Assembly: GCA_964461435.1 (NCBI GenBank)
Contig: CAYWUI010000007.1
Span: 7,008 to 71,007 of the forward strand
Length of the DNA: 64,000 bases
Direction: 5' to 3'
DNA from: an uncultured Bacteroidales bacterium
GTDB taxonomy: Bacteria; Bacteroidota; Bacteroidia; Bacteroidales; UBA10428
The position numbers were made by a program, and so were the translations under genes. Positions 1-10,436 of the stretch are shown piece by piece; within the stretch, counting starts at the first letter, position 1, and the number at the start of each line of letters is the position of its first letter. Below the pieces are notes generated by a model, which saw nothing but the letters and a program-made list of their open reading frames with translations, was not told where the DNA came from and made no database searches.

Positions 1-210
1 CTCCTTTGCCCGTATTAATCTTTTTTCTGTAATGAAATCGCTGGCTGATTTACCGGTCAGTTTTATAAGTTTCCTGTGCAACATCGATCTGCTTAATCCT
101 GCATTTTTTGCCAGATCTTCAACTGAGAAATTCTCATTATCCAGGTTATCTTCTATAATCTGGTTGACAGTTCTGAGAAATTGATCTCCCATTGACGGAG
201 GCTTTTCCAT
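1..210 (-). CDS. AraC/XylS-family helix-turn-helix regulator, 5' portion only (gene runs off the left edge of the window)
   Basis: Absent from the ORF track because it is open at the edge. The reverse complement from ATG (210-208) reads MEKPPSMGDQFLRTVNQIIEDNLDNENFSVEDLAKNAGLSRSMLHRKLIKLTGKSASDFITEKRLIRAKE, a typical AraC HTH pattern. An in-frame stop lies just upstream (223-225). Confidence 0.75.
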   Translation of the reverse strand, partial: MEKPPSMGDQFLRTVNQIIEDNLDNENFSVEDLAKNAGLSRSMLHRKLIKLTGKSASDFITEKRLIRAKE

Positions 211-293
211 TGGTGATAATAATTAACGATAATATCATTACAACTTGACTATCAAACCAATAAGCTATTATCAATACAAATATACAAAATTAG

Positions 294-379
294 TGCCCAG
301 GACAGGACTTGAACCTGCACGTCCTTAAACGGACACATGGCCCTCAACCATGCACGTCTACCATTTCCGTCACCTGGGC
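294..379 (-). tRNA. tRNA-Leu (anticodon GAG), type II with long variable arm
   Basis: The reverse complement GCCCAGGTGACGGAAATGGTAGACGTGCATGGTTGAGGGCCATGTGTCCGTTTAAGGACGTGCAGGTTCAAGTCCTGTCCTGGGCA folds by eye. It has acceptor GCCCAGG/CCTGGGC, anticodon stem CATGG/CCATG with loop TTGAGGG, a variable-arm stem GTCC/GGAC and a GGTTCAAGTCC T-loop. CCA is not encoded. Confidence 0.9.
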
Positions 380-387
380 TGAATGAG

Positions 388-471
388 TGCCGAAGGAGGG
401 ACTCGAACCCTCATGCCCTTGCAGGCACATGTCCCTGAAACATGCGCGTCTACCAGTTTCGCCACTTCGGC
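388..471 (-). tRNA. tRNA-Leu (anticodon CAG), type II
   Basis: The reverse complement is GCCGAAGTGGCGAAACTGGTAGACGCGCATGTTTCAGGGACATGTGCCTGCAAGGGCATGAGGGTTCGAGTCCCTCCTTCGGCA. It has acceptor GCCGAAG/CTTCGGC, anticodon stem CATGT/ACATG with loop TTCAGGG, and a GGTTCGAGTCC T-loop. It lies 8 nt from the other tRNA-Leu, so the two are probably co-transcribed. Confidence 0.9.
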
Positions 472-516
472 AGTTTTTTACGGAGTAAGTTTACCCAATC
501 GATCATGATCGGAATG

Positions 517-524
517 CAAATATA
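517..524 (-). promoter_or_regulatory. Candidate Bacteroidota -7 promoter box (TATATTTG = TAnnTTTG) for the tRNA-Leu pair
   Basis: The minus strand reads TATATTTG about 45 nt upstream of the mature 5' end of tRNA-Leu(CAG). It matches the published Bacteroides sigma-A -7 consensus TAnnTTTG. The call rests on the motif alone. Confidence 0.3.
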
Positions 525-563
525 AAAATTTATAACTTATTTAGTCAAATAATTTATGCTCAT

Positions 564-596
564 AAAAAAAAGCCGGAAAAAAATATTATTCCGGCT
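564..596 (-). terminator. Rho-independent terminator downstream of the PKD lipoprotein gene (potentially bidirectional)
   Basis: AGCCGG (571-576) pairs with CCGGCT (591-596). The stem is flanked by an A8 run on the plus strand, which is a T8 run on the minus strand directly after the stem. It lies 30 nt past the stop of the 629..1357 gene. Confidence 0.6.
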
Positions 597-628
597 TTTC
601 AACATACATAATAATCGCTACAAACCCA

Positions 629-1357
629 CTACTTATGTGTCGACGAATCCTGTAAAGGTTTATTTTTAAACGTTCTTTCCTCCCTAGTTATTTTGTAATT
701 GTTCATATTTCTGTCACGTTTTATTTCCGTGCTTTTTATTTTTGCAGGGGGCTCCACTTCATCAACATATGCAATAAATGTATTCAGACTGTTTGCCACA
801 AGGGGCAGAGTTTTTATCCAGTACTCATCTTCCTCGGCCAGCTTATAATTGTTATAATTGGTATGCCATACATCTATCCAGTAGGAAACAGGACTCAGTC
901 CCGTAAAAGTAACTACTCCATTGTTATCCGTAAATCCTTCTACAAGCGCATTTGTCTCATTTTGCCAGTTATAAAGGCTGGGGTACAGAATAACACTTGC
1001 ATCACTCACGGGATACTCATCATAATACTCAAGAACCGTAATTTCAAGCATGGTGGGCATCAGTACCTCTATATTCATATATGCCCTGTCATACAGCCTC
1101 TCATCCCTGAAAGCAGTAAGCGACACTGTATATATACCCTCGGCACTGTAGTTATGACTGGGATTCCTTTGCGATGAAATTGTGCCGTCCCCAAAATCCC
1201 ATTCATAATATTCTGCATTCTGGGATAGATTAGTGAAATATATTATTTCATCAATATCCACAACTGTTGCCGAAGCAGAAAAATCAGCATAGGGATCTTT
1301 CTCACAGCCTGACAAAAACAGTGGTATTATAGCTATTATCAGTATATATTTTTTCAT
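629..1357 (-). CDS. PKD-domain lipoprotein with C-terminal carboxypeptidase-regulatory-like beta-sandwich
   Basis: Lipobox signal MKKYILIIAIIPLFLSGC. PKD signature FTNLSQNAEYYEWDFGDGTISSQRNPSHNYSAEGIYTVSLTA. Confidence 0.8.
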   Translation of the reverse strand: MKKYILIIAIIPLFLSGCEKDPYADFSASATVVDIDEIIYFTNLSQNAEYYEWDFGDGTISSQRNPSHNYSAEGIYTVSLTAFRDERLYDRAYMNIEVLMPTMLEITVLEYYDEYPVSDASVILYPSLYNWQNETNALVEGFTDNNGVVTFTGLSPVSYWIDVWHTNYNNYKLAEEDEYWIKTLPLVANSLNTFIAYVDEVEPPAKIKSTEIKRDRNMNNYKITREERTFKNKPLQDSSTHK

Positions 1358-1420
1358 GATTTCCGAGTTTTAAGATTATATAAAACATAAAACTCAAATA
1401 CCATGCCAAAAAATCCAAAA

Positions 1421-3625
1421 CTACAATTTCCTTAAAATAAAATCCGTGATTCTTTTGTACAGGTGATAGCGGGTAGAGCCCCCGCGAATACTATGGTCCC
1501 TGTCGGGATAAAACTGCATCTCAAACTGTTTATTATTTTGTATTAACATTTTTATAAGTTCGGTAGAATTCTGCAAATGGACATTATCATCTGCGGTACC
1601 ATGTATTAACAATAAATCACCTTTAAGCAGGTCAGCATAATTAAGTATTGAGCTTTCTTCATAGCCTTTTATATTTTCCTGTGGTGTACGCATATATTTT
1701 TCAGTATAAATATTATCATAAAACCGCCAGTCAGTTACAGGTGCTACAGCGACGCCCGCAGAAAAAATACCGGCGCCCCTTGTTAAACATGACAGGGCAA
1801 GATAGCCGCCATAGCTCCACCCGAATATTCCTATCCGCGAACTGTCAACATAAGGCAGGCCTGCCAGGTACAAAGCAGATTCAATTAAGTCTTCAGTTTC
1901 GAGCCTGCCAAGGTTCATGTATATACACTTCCTGAATTCTTCACCGCGTGCACCCGTTCCCCTGTTATCGACACAGGCCACAATATATCCGTGCTGAGCC
2001 AGCAACTGGTACCATGCTAAAGCTGATTCCCACGAATCTGTGACCTTCTGTGAACCCGGACCTCCATATATGGCCATCAGTAAAGGATATTGCCCTGATT
2101 CATCAAAATCTGCAGGCTTTATAATATATCCATTCAATTCCAGCCCTCCGTCAACAGGCACTTTTATAAATTCTTTTTTTGCAAATCCGTATGATACAAT
2201 CTTAGCTTTTAAGTCCTCATTATCCTCAAGAATCCTCAGCAGTGCGCCTGATGAATCACGAACAGTTATCCTGCAGGGAGTATTGGCTGTTGAATTATAG
2301 TTTACAAAATACTTAAGGTCATTATTAAATTCAGGTGTGTTCGTCCCGGGATCTTCAGTAAGCTTTTTCCTGCCCGTACCATCCGGATTTATGGAATAAA
2401 CGTGGCGTTGCAGCGGAGAAATTTCTGATGAAGTGTAATATAAAAGTCTTTTGCCGGGATCAAATCCCAGGAATCTGTCAACATCCCACTCTCCGCTGGT
2501 TACCTGGTTTATCAGGCTACCCCTGATGTCATATAAATATAAATGCATAAAACCGTCACGCTCACTTTTAATTATAAACTTTTCATTGTCATCGATAAAT
2601 GTTATATAATCATCGGTAATATCCGAAATATAGTACTTGTTTTCTTCCGTAAAAATCAATTCTGACTCGCCTGTCCGTGCATCAGCCAGCAGCACATCTA
2701 CCCTGTTCTGCAACCTGTTAAGCCTCACTATGCAAAGCACATCGGGATCGTTTGTCCATTTTATCCGTGGTATATAATTATCGTCATTTGCACCTGTATC
2801 CATGATCCCTGTTATTCCTTTACCAATATCATAAACACGAATGCTCACCTTTGAATTTTCTTGTCCTGCCTTCGGGTATTTGTAGGAATATACATCAGGA
2901 TACAGTGAATCATATATTATCATGTTGAATTCCCTGACTCCTGATTCATCAAACCTGTAGTAGGCTATTTTATTTCCGTCAGGAGACCATGCGAAAGCTT
3001 TCGTAAATTCAAATTCTTCCTCGTAAACCCAGTCCGGACTCCCGTTAATTATTTCATTCTTTTTGCCGTCATGTGTTATCTGCACTATTTTGTCATCGGG
3101 CAGATCTTTATAATAGAGGTTGTTGTTTCTTGTAAAAGCTATATTATCACCCGCCGGTGAGAATGTGGCAAGCTGTTGTTTACCACCCGAAAATAAAGAC
3201 ACAATGCTTTGATCTGACAAATCATAAATAAAGTAATCAGCTGAAAACGAATGCCTGTATATTTTATCGATGTTCGTTGCCAACAATAATTTCGAGCTGC
3301 TATAACTGAATTCGTAATCTGATATCCCGCTGGGAACCGACTTACTGCATTTGGTTGCTGAAAAAACTGTATCCACCTGCTTACCGGTATTATAATCGTA
3401 CCTGATCAGTGACCCGCAAGCATCCAGCACAGTATAATGTTCACCATCATTAACCGGCTTTAATTTGTCAAATGTCTTCTGATCAAATGAAGCCTCGAGA
3501 AATACCTGCTCCAGTGTAATTTTATTATCTGCCTGTGCGGAAATACCGGCATTTTTAATAAAAAATACTAACGCCAGTATGAGAAATCCATTAAATTTTA
3601 ATTGAATAAATTTATATCTTTGCAC
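1421..3625 (-). CDS. Dipeptidyl-peptidase IV (S9B prolyl oligopeptidase family)
   Basis: 734 aa with a signal peptide and an N-terminal DPP-IV beta-propeller region. Catalytic triad motifs are GWSYGG (Ser), GTADDNVH (Asp) and DRDHSI (His). The start is GTG at 3625, the only start that keeps the signal peptide. Confidence 0.92.
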   Translation of the reverse strand: MQRYKFIQLKFNGFLILALVFFIKNAGISAQADNKITLEQVFLEASFDQKTFDKLKPVNDGEHYTVLDACGSLIRYDYNTGKQVDTVFSATKCSKSVPSGISDYEFSYSSSKLLLATNIDKIYRHSFSADYFIYDLSDQSIVSLFSGGKQQLATFSPAGDNIAFTRNNNLYYKDLPDDKIVQITHDGKKNEIINGSPDWVYEEEFEFTKAFAWSPDGNKIAYYRFDESGVREFNMIIYDSLYPDVYSYKYPKAGQENSKVSIRVYDIGKGITGIMDTGANDDNYIPRIKWTNDPDVLCIVRLNRLQNRVDVLLADARTGESELIFTEENKYYISDITDDYITFIDDNEKFIIKSERDGFMHLYLYDIRGSLINQVTSGEWDVDRFLGFDPGKRLLYYTSSEISPLQRHVYSINPDGTGRKKLTEDPGTNTPEFNNDLKYFVNYNSTANTPCRITVRDSSGALLRILEDNEDLKAKIVSYGFAKKEFIKVPVDGGLELNGYIIKPADFDESGQYPLLMAIYGGPGSQKVTDSWESALAWYQLLAQHGYIVACVDNRGTGARGEEFRKCIYMNLGRLETEDLIESALYLAGLPYVDSSRIGIFGWSYGGYLALSCLTRGAGIFSAGVAVAPVTDWRFYDNIYTEKYMRTPQENIKGYEESSILNYADLLKGDLLLIHGTADDNVHLQNSTELIKMLIQNNKQFEMQFYPDRDHSIRGGSTRYHLYKRITDFILRKL

Positions 3626-3654
3626 TTCAAAATTTATTTAAATTTTCAAATCTA

Positions 3655-5589
3655 ATGATAAAAATTACATTTCCGGATAATTCTGTCAGGGAATATAAAG
3701 AAGGAATAAGCGGTCTGGATCTGGCCAAAGATGTAAGCAGCAGTCTTGCCAGTGAAGTTATGGCAATAAGTGTAAATGATGAAATATGGGATATTACCAG
3801 GCCTATAAATACAGATGCTTTCGTCAGGCTGCATAAATTTGATGATCAGGAAGGCAAGCATGCATTCTGGCATTCATCTGCCCATCTTATGGCTGAGGCC
3901 CTTGAAGCCCTTTACCCCGGTATTAAGTTTGGCATCGGGCCTTCGATAGAGAATGGTTTTTATTATGATGTAGATCCCGGGGATGGAGTTATTATAACGG
4001 AAGCCGCGCTGCCGAAAATAGAAAAAAAGATGTACGAACTTGCGCGGCAAAACAATAAGTATATGCGCAAAGAAATCAGCAAAAGCGAAGCTGAGAAGTA
4101 TTATAAAGCAAAAGGAGATGAATACAAACTCGAATTAATTAATGAGCTTGAGGATGGATCGATATCTCTTTATACACATGGTAAGTTTACTGACTTGTGC
4201 AGGGGCCCTCATTTGCCTGATACCAGTCCAATTAAAGCCATAAAATTATTAAATATTGCCGGTGCCTACTGGAGGGGAGATGAAAAAAGAAAACAGCTTA
4301 CAAGGATCTATGGAATAACTTTCCCGAAGAAAAACATGCTTGACGAATATCTTGAAATGCTGGAGCAGGCAAAAGAAAGGGATCACAGAAGGCTGGGCAA
4401 GGAACTTGAGCTCTTTACATTCTCATCCAAAGTCGGACAGGGACTGCCCTTATGGTTGCCAAAAGGAACGGTTCTCAGGGAAACCCTGGAAAATTTCCTG
4501 AAAAAAGTCCAGAAAAAGCACGGGTATCTTCCTGTTATAACACCTCATATCGGACAAAAAGAGCTGTATGTAACATCGGGGCATTACGAAAAATACGGGA
4601 AAAATTCATTCAGGCCCATAACTACTCCTGCTGAGGGTGAGGAATTTCTTTTGAGACCTATGAATTGTCCCCATCACTGCGAGATATACAAAAGCAAACC
4701 CAGATCATATAAAGATTTACCTGTCCGCATTGCCGAATTCGGCGCCGTCTATCGTTATGAACAGAGTGGCGAACTTCACGGACTTACAAGGGTAAGAGGA
4801 TTCACAATTGACGATTCCCATATTTTCTGCAGGCCTGACCAGGTAAAAGAGGAATTCGTGAAGGTCATTGATATTATTTTATATATTTTTCGGACCCTTG
4901 ATTTCAAAGATTTTACAACACAGGTATCTCTCAGGGATCCCGATGACAGAGAAAAGTACATCGGAACTGATGAAAACTGGGAAAAGGCCGAAAAAGCGAT
5001 AATTGAAGCTACTGAAGAAAAGGGGCTTGAAAAGGTAATTGAGTACGGAGAAGCTGCTTTTTACGGGCCAAAATTAGACTTCATAGTTAAGGATGCTATA
5101 GGACGTAAATGGCAACTTGGTACTATCCAGGTCGATTATAACCTTCCGGACAGGTTTGAACTTGAATATATTGGCAGTGATGACCGGAAACATCGTCCCG
5201 TTATGATTCACAGGGCCCCCTTCGGATCAATGGAGAGATTTGTTGCAGTCTTAATCGAGCATACTGCAGGAAAATTTCCGCTCTGGCTGGCTCCTGATCA
5301 GGTAGTGATTCTTCCCATCAGCGAAAAATTTAACGATTATGCAGAAAAAGTTTTAAATTTTCTAAATAATTGCGATATTCGCACCCTGATTGATTACAGA
5401 AATGAAAAAATTGGGAAAAAAATAAGAGATAATGAGATAAAAAAGATACCTTATCTCTTGATCGTTGGAGAAAAAGAAGCTACTAACAATACAGTATCAG
5501 TGCGTAAACAAGGCGAAGGTGATAAAGGAGCTATGAAATTAGAAGATTTTGCAATATCTTTAAATAAAGAATTGGAAAAAACATTTTAA
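3655..5589 (+). CDS. thrS: Threonine--tRNA ligase
   Basis: 644 aa. It has the TGS-domain start [14 protein letters not shown], the editing-domain HSSAHLMA motif, class II core motifs ([20 protein letters not shown]-like) and a C-terminal anticodon-binding domain. Confidence 0.97.
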   Translation: MIKITFPDNSVREYKEGISGLDLAKDVSSSLASEVMAISVNDEIWDITRPINTDAFVRLHKFDDQEGKHAFWHSSAHLMAEALEALYPGIKFGIGPSIENGFYYDVDPGDGVIITEAALPKIEKKMYELARQNNKYMRKEISKSEAEKYYKAKGDEYKLELINELEDGSISLYTHGKFTDLCRGPHLPDTSPIKAIKLLNIAGAYWRGDEKRKQLTRIYGITFPKKNMLDEYLEMLEQAKERDHRRLGKELELFTFSSKVGQGLPLWLPKGTVLRETLENFLKKVQKKHGYLPVITPHIGQKELYVTSGHYEKYGKNSFRPITTPAEGEEFLLRPMNCPHHCEIYKSKPRSYKDLPVRIAEFGAVYRYEQSGELHGLTRVRGFTIDDSHIFCRPDQVKEEFVKVIDIILYIFRTLDFKDFTTQVSLRDPDDREKYIGTDENWEKAEKAIIEATEEKGLEKVIEYGEAAFYGPKLDFIVKDAIGRKWQLGTIQVDYNLPDRFELEYIGSDDRKHRPVMIHRAPFGSMERFVAVLIEHTAGKFPLWLAPDQVVILPISEKFNDYAEKVLNFLNNCDIRTLIDYRNEKIGKKIRDNEIKKIPYLLIVGEKEATNNTVSVRKQGEGDKGAMKLEDFAISLNKELEKTF

Positions 5590-5628
5590 TTTTATTAACA
5601 ATTTAATAAAATATAGGAGGACTTAAAG

Positions 5629-6192
5629 ATAGCTGTACAGAATTTCAAAAAAAGCGGTAAATATTCAGATCTTCCGCAATTTGCAATAAACGAAGAAATT
5701 AAAGCAGCGAAAGTAAGAATAGTAGGTGACAATATTGATAATCCTGGTATTTATTCTATCGGGGAAGCATTGGAATTAGCTGACGATATGGATCTTGACC
5801 TGGTTGAAATTTCTCCGGGAGCAAGTCCGCCAGTTTGTAAAATCATTGATTATCAAAAATTTCTTTATCAGCAGAAGAAAAAGCATAAGGAGCTAAAAGC
5901 GAAAACTGTAAAAGTTGTTGTTAAGGAGATAAGGTTTGGTCCTCATACTGATAGTCATGATTATAATTTTAAGCTCAGGCATGCCATGAAATTCCTGGAG
6001 GATGGGGCAAAAGTCAAAGCTTATGTGTTTTTTAAAGGGCGTACAATAGTATATAGTGAAGATGGTGAAATTCTTCTGTTGCGTTTTGCACAGGATCTTG
6101 AAGAACTGGGTAAAGTAGAACAAATGCCCAAGCTCGAAGGAAAAAGGATGAATATGATAATTACACCAAAATCAATAAAGAAGAAAAACTAA
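5629..6192 (+). CDS. infC: Translation initiation factor IF-3, proposed non-canonical ATA start
   Basis: The ORF track starts at TTG 5770 (MELADD...). The same frame is open back to the stop at 5614 and encodes the conserved IF-3 N-domain (..[34 protein letters not shown]). There is no ATG, GTG or TTG between 5617 and 5769. ATA at 5629 lies 8 nt after AGGAGG (5615-5620). Confidence 0.8.
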   Translation: MAVQNFKKSGKYSDLPQFAINEEIKAAKVRIVGDNIDNPGIYSIGEALELADDMDLDLVEISPGASPPVCKIIDYQKFLYQQKKKHKELKAKTVKVVVKEIRFGPHTDSHDYNFKLRHAMKFLEDGAKVKAYVFFKGRTIVYSEDGEILLLRFAQDLEELGKVEQMPKLEGKRMNMIITPKSIKKKN

Positions 6193-6212
6193 TAATCTAA
6201 AATAAATTAAGA

Positions 6213-6410
6213 ATGCCGAAAATGAAAACAAATCCCGGGGCAAAAAAAAGATTTACACTCACCGGGACAGGGAAGATTAAGAGGAAACATGCTTATAAAA
6301 GTCACCTGCTTACAAAGAAATCTAAAAAAAGAAAAAGAAATCTCGGGTACTTTTCAATAATAAATAAAGATAATTCTGATAGTGTAAGGCATTTACTGGC
6401 CTTAAAATAA
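6213..6410 (+). CDS. rpmI: 50S ribosomal protein L35
   Basis: 65 aa. It reads [36 protein letters not shown] and sits in the canonical infC-rpmI-rplT position. Confidence 0.95.
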   Translation: MPKMKTNPGAKKRFTLTGTGKIKRKHAYKSHLLTKKSKKRKRNLGYFSIINKDNSDSVRHLLALK

Positions 6411-6417
6411 AAACACC

Positions 6418-6762
6418 ATGCCAAGATCAACAAATGCAGTAGCGTCGAAAAAAAGAAGAAAAAAAATTCTAAAACAGACTAAAGGCTACTTCCTGTCCCG
6501 CAGGAATGTATTTACGGTTGCAAAAAATGCATATGAGAAAGCTCTTCAATATGCTTACAGGGATAGAAGAAAGAAGAAAGCTGATTTCAGGGCTTTATGG
6601 ATCCAGCGTATTAATGCAGGAGCCCGACAATATGGAATGTCATATTCGGAATTCGTTGGAAAGCTGAAAAAGAAAGGAATTGAAATTAACAGGAAGGTAT
6701 TGGCAGATCTGGCAATGAACGACTCAAAAGCATTTGAATCTATTGTTAAATCTGTTAAATAG
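6418..6762 (+). CDS. rplT: 50S ribosomal protein L20
   Basis: 114 aa. It reads [25 protein letters not shown]...[20 protein letters not shown]. Confidence 0.96.
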   Translation: MPRSTNAVASKKRRKKILKQTKGYFLSRRNVFTVAKNAYEKALQYAYRDRRKKKADFRALWIQRINAGARQYGMSYSEFVGKLKKKGIEINRKVLADLAMNDSKAFESIVKSVK

Positions 6763-6783
6763 GACAAAGAAATTCAACCCGCA

Positions 6784-6812
6784 GGGAAGCACATAATGCT
6801 TCCCTTTTTTTT
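6784..6812 (+). terminator. Rho-independent terminator of the thrS-infC-rpmI-rplT unit
   Basis: GGGAAGC (6784-6790) pairs with GCTTCCC (6798-6804) across a 7-nt loop. A T8 run follows (6805-6812). Confidence 0.8.
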
Positions 6813-6884
6813 AAGCCGAACAGTATAATTTTTTTATATTTAGTAAAAAATATCTCTTTGTAAATTCTAAATAATATAATTATT

Positions 6885-7604
6885 ATGAACCTTGCTATTA
6901 TAGGATACGGCAAAATGGGTAAGGAAATTGAAAAGATGGCCCTGGAGAGAAATCATAAGGTAGGCGTGATTATTGATATAGAAAACCTGGGCGATTTTAC
7001 AGCAGATAATTTGCAATCTGCAGATGTTGCACTTGACTTTTCTCAGCCAGCCAGTGCATTTTCAAATATAGTAAAATGCTTCGATGCCCGTTTACCTGTT
7101 GTTTCAGGTACAACCGGATGGCTTGACAGGTTTGATGAGGTATTATCAATATGCAAGGAAAAAGAAGGTACTTTTTTCTATGCATCAAATTTTTCCCCCG
7201 GAATGAATATATTTTTTCATCTGAATAAATATCTTGCCGGAATAATGAATTCATTCAAAGATTACGAAATAAGTATCGAGGAGACACATCATACACGGAA
7301 ACTTGATGCGCCGAGCGGAACGGCCATTAAACTGGCTGATGATATTATTTCCTTACTTGACAGAAAAAATAAATGGGAACAGGGCATAAGCACAGAAAGT
7401 GATTCAATAAAAATCATTTCTGTAAGAAAAGGCAATATCGCCGGAATCCATACAATAGACTATGACTCCCCCATGGATCTTATTGAAATAAAGCATTCTG
7501 CAAAGAGCAGAAAGGGATTTGCCCTGGGCGCCATACTGGCAGCTGAATTTATAAAGGACAAAAAGGGATTCTTTACCATGAATGATCTTCTTAAAATTAG
7601 CTAA
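6885..7604 (+). CDS. dapB: 4-hydroxy-tetrahydrodipicolinate reductase
   Basis: 239 aa. It has the N-terminal Rossmann motif IIGYGKMG and the signature EETHHTRKLDAPSGTA. Confidence 0.93.
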   Translation: MNLAIIGYGKMGKEIEKMALERNHKVGVIIDIENLGDFTADNLQSADVALDFSQPASAFSNIVKCFDARLPVVSGTTGWLDRFDEVLSICKEKEGTFFYASNFSPGMNIFFHLNKYLAGIMNSFKDYEISIEETHHTRKLDAPSGTAIKLADDIISLLDRKNKWEQGISTESDSIKIISVRKGNIAGIHTIDYDSPMDLIEIKHSAKSRKGFALGAILAAEFIKDKKGFFTMNDLLKIS

Positions 7605-7619
7605 TCAATACCCGTAAAA

Positions 7620-8966
7620 TTGACTGTCAAGGAATTAACCAGAAATCCATATTTCAAGCTCCTCATCTCTTCAATGATATATACCATCCTTGTATCATGG
7701 TTTGGTAATTACTGGTTATTCCTCGGAATTATTATATTAATTGATGTTTACATAACCAGGTGGGTAAACTGGACATTCTGGAAAAAAAGAAAAAAAGAAA
7801 ACGGGAAACCCAAATTTAAAACCGAATTACTTGATGCTTTTATTATAGCCCTTCTCCTGGTACTTTTCTTAAGAATACTATTCATTGAACCATTCACGGT
7901 TCTGACATCGTCAATGGAAAGGACAATACTTGCGGGGGATTACATATTTGTAAATAAGCTTGAATACGGGCCAAGGCTGCCCCAGACGTTACTATCCATG
8001 CCATTCTCGCATAACACTTTGCCTTTTGCAAAAGAAACACGCTCATACCTGACATGGATAAAATTACCTTATAAAAGATTACCAGGCATAAGAAAAATTA
8101 AAAACTGCGACATTGTTGTTTTTAACTTTCCCGAAGGTGACTCTGTTGTAATGAATTTTCCGAAAACAGATGAAACATATTATACATTAATAAGAAAGCA
8201 CGGACGGGCGCAGATTTTAAACAACTATAAGATTAATGCCCATCCTGTAGATAAGCGTGAATACTATATTAAAAGATGTACGGGGATACCTGGTGATACA
8301 ATACGTATTATTCACGGAAAAGCTTATATTAACGGGAAAAAGGAAATTGAACCTGAAATGCTTCAGTATAATTACTTCGTAAAATCTGAAAATAAGGAAA
8401 TTGACAATTCCATTTTTGAAGAACTAAATATATCTATATACGATATTAATTATAACTCCTTAAACTCAATTTACGAAATTCCTCTAACAAGAGAGTGCTA
8501 CACAAGAATAAGAAAATATGATTGTGTTAAAGCGATACGAAAACATGAAAGTGTTGATCCGCTCGCATCTAATCGTCAGATCTTCCCTTTCAGCGATAAT
8601 TATTTATGGACTGAGGATAATTTTGGTGCCCTGGTTGTCCCAAAAAAAAATGAGACGGTGGATATAAATACGGACAATCTTCCGTTATACAGGAGGATAA
8701 TTGCGGTCTATGAAAAAAATGATTTGAAAGTTATTAATGACTCGGTCTTTATTAATGGAAAATTTGCAAATAATTATAAATTTAAAATGGATTATTATTT
8801 CATGATGGGGGATAACAGGCATAATTCAAACGATTCCAGATTCTGGGGTTTTGTTCCGGAAGATCATATTATTGGAAAAGCTATGTTTGTTTGGTTATCT
8901 TTGGATAAAAATAAAAAAGCTTTTGGAAGAATAAGATGGAAAAGAATGTTCAAATCAATTAAATAG
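7620..8966 (+). CDS. lepB: Signal peptidase I (S26), long Bacteroidota form, copy 1
   Basis: 448 aa with a TTG start. S26 boxes present are TSSMERT (Ser), [11 protein letters not shown] (Lys) and [25 protein letters not shown]. Confidence 0.9.
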   Translation: MTVKELTRNPYFKLLISSMIYTILVSWFGNYWLFLGIIILIDVYITRWVNWTFWKKRKKENGKPKFKTELLDAFIIALLLVLFLRILFIEPFTVLTSSMERTILAGDYIFVNKLEYGPRLPQTLLSMPFSHNTLPFAKETRSYLTWIKLPYKRLPGIRKIKNCDIVVFNFPEGDSVVMNFPKTDETYYTLIRKHGRAQILNNYKINAHPVDKREYYIKRCTGIPGDTIRIIHGKAYINGKKEIEPEMLQYNYFVKSENKEIDNSIFEELNISIYDINYNSLNSIYEIPLTRECYTRIRKYDCVKAIRKHESVDPLASNRQIFPFSDNYLWTEDNFGALVVPKKNETVDINTDNLPLYRRIIAVYEKNDLKVINDSVFINGKFANNYKFKMDYYFMMGDNRHNSNDSRFWGFVPEDHIIGKAMFVWLSLDKNKKAFGRIRWKRMFKSIK

Positions 8967-8995
8967 TGAATTAATAATAATTTAAAATATTAGAC

Positions 8996-10390
8996 ATGAA
9001 ATTCTTTAAGAAAGATTATGTAAAGTTCGTTATTGCATCGGTTATTTATATCTTATGGGTAATCTGGCTTGGAAGCTACTGGTTTTTATTCGGGTTGTTA
9101 ATAATTTTTGATATCTATATATCAAAAAAGGTACAGTGGAGTTTCTGGAAAAAGAGAGAAGGCAAGAACAGTAAATTTATTGAATGGCTTGATGCCTTAA
9201 TATTTGCAGTAATTGCTGTTACTATAATAAATATTTTTCTGTTCCAGAACTATAAAATCCCGACAGGTTCAATGGAGAAATCGTTACTCGTGGGCGATCA
9301 TTTGTATGTTAGCAAAGTTGCCTATGGGCCAAAGATACCCAACACACCTTTGTCTTTTCCGTTTGCCCAGAATACTCTCCCCCTGACGACAAACACTAAA
9401 TCCTATGTTGAATGGATAAAACTGCCCTACAAGAGGCTAAAAGGATTCGGTAAAGTAAAAAGAGATGACGTTGTTGTATTTAATTTTCCCGAAGGTGATA
9501 CAGTTGCCATACAGCAAAGAAACACCAGCTATTACCTCCTGATTCTGCAGGAAGCAGAAAAATTAAAACAAATGGATTTTTATTATAAACAAAACATTAA
9601 AAGCGATAAATTCTATTATAATAAAGCACGCAGCAACATTTGGAGAAGTATGGATATTGTTGTGCACCCCGTAGACAGAAAGGATAACTACATTAAAAGA
9701 TGTGTTGCCATTCCGGGAGATACTCTGAAAATAATAGACGGGAAAGTATATGTCAATAACATACCGCAGAAAGACTATAAGGGTATTCAATATAATTTTG
9801 AAGTTATTACTGACGGATCAACCATGAACAGGCGAAAGCTCGAAAAGATGGGCATTTACAGGGCCGATATAAAGAGAGTAATAAATTCAAATAATGCATG
9901 GGAAATACCCTTAACCGGTGATAATGTAAAAAGTATCAGCAACATGAGAAACGTCGTAGCTGTTAATAAGATAATCCTTCCAAAAGGATATTATGATTTT
10001 TCAATATTTCCCCATAGCAATAAATATCCCTGGAACCTGGATAATTTCGGACCATTATATATCCCGGAGAAGGGGAAATCAATGAAGATAGATACTGCAA
10101 ACCTGCCTGTATACAAACGCATTATTAACTGCTATGAGAAGAACGATCTTAAAGTAGAAAACGGGAAAATCTATATAAACGGAATTGAAACAGATACGTA
10201 CACATTTAAAATGGATTACTACTGGATGATGGGTGATAACAGGCACAGCAGCCTGGATTCCCGTTTCTGGGGATTTGTTCCTGAAGATCATATTGTTGGA
10301 AAACCAAAATTTATCTGGTTATCACTCGACAAAAATAAAAAGTTTATAAGTAAGATACGGTTTGGAAGAATGTTTATGGGGGTGCATTAG
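8996..10390 (+). CDS. lepB: Signal peptidase I (S26), copy 2 (tandem paralog)
   Basis: 464 aa. S26 boxes present are PTGSMEKSL, YIKRCVAIPGD and [25 protein letters not shown]. It is collinear with copy 1. Confidence 0.9.
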   Translation: MKFFKKDYVKFVIASVIYILWVIWLGSYWFLFGLLIIFDIYISKKVQWSFWKKREGKNSKFIEWLDALIFAVIAVTIINIFLFQNYKIPTGSMEKSLLVGDHLYVSKVAYGPKIPNTPLSFPFAQNTLPLTTNTKSYVEWIKLPYKRLKGFGKVKRDDVVVFNFPEGDTVAIQQRNTSYYLLILQEAEKLKQMDFYYKQNIKSDKFYYNKARSNIWRSMDIVVHPVDRKDNYIKRCVAIPGDTLKIIDGKVYVNNIPQKDYKGIQYNFEVITDGSTMNRRKLEKMGIYRADIKRVINSNNAWEIPLTGDNVKSISNMRNVVAVNKIILPKGYYDFSIFPHSNKYPWNLDNFGPLYIPEKGKSMKIDTANLPVYKRIINCYEKNDLKVENGKIYINGIETDTYTFKMDYYWMMGDNRHSSLDSRFWGFVPEDHIVGKPKFIWLSLDKNKKFISKIRFGRMFMGVH

Positions 10391-10436
10391 CTGTCAGTAT
10401 ATAATCCCTTAATATTCCAGTAATACTAATATTCCT

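Noticed and set aside
500-511. Perfect 12-bp palindrome CGATCATGATCG (two GATC sites) between the tRNA pair and its putative promoter
   Set aside because: It is short enough to occur by chance, has no second copy in the window, and no known function could be attached.
5770-6192. ORF-track start (TTG 5770) for infC
   Set aside because: It would remove the conserved IF-3 N-terminal domain that is clearly encoded in-frame upstream. I replaced it with the ATA 5629 model.
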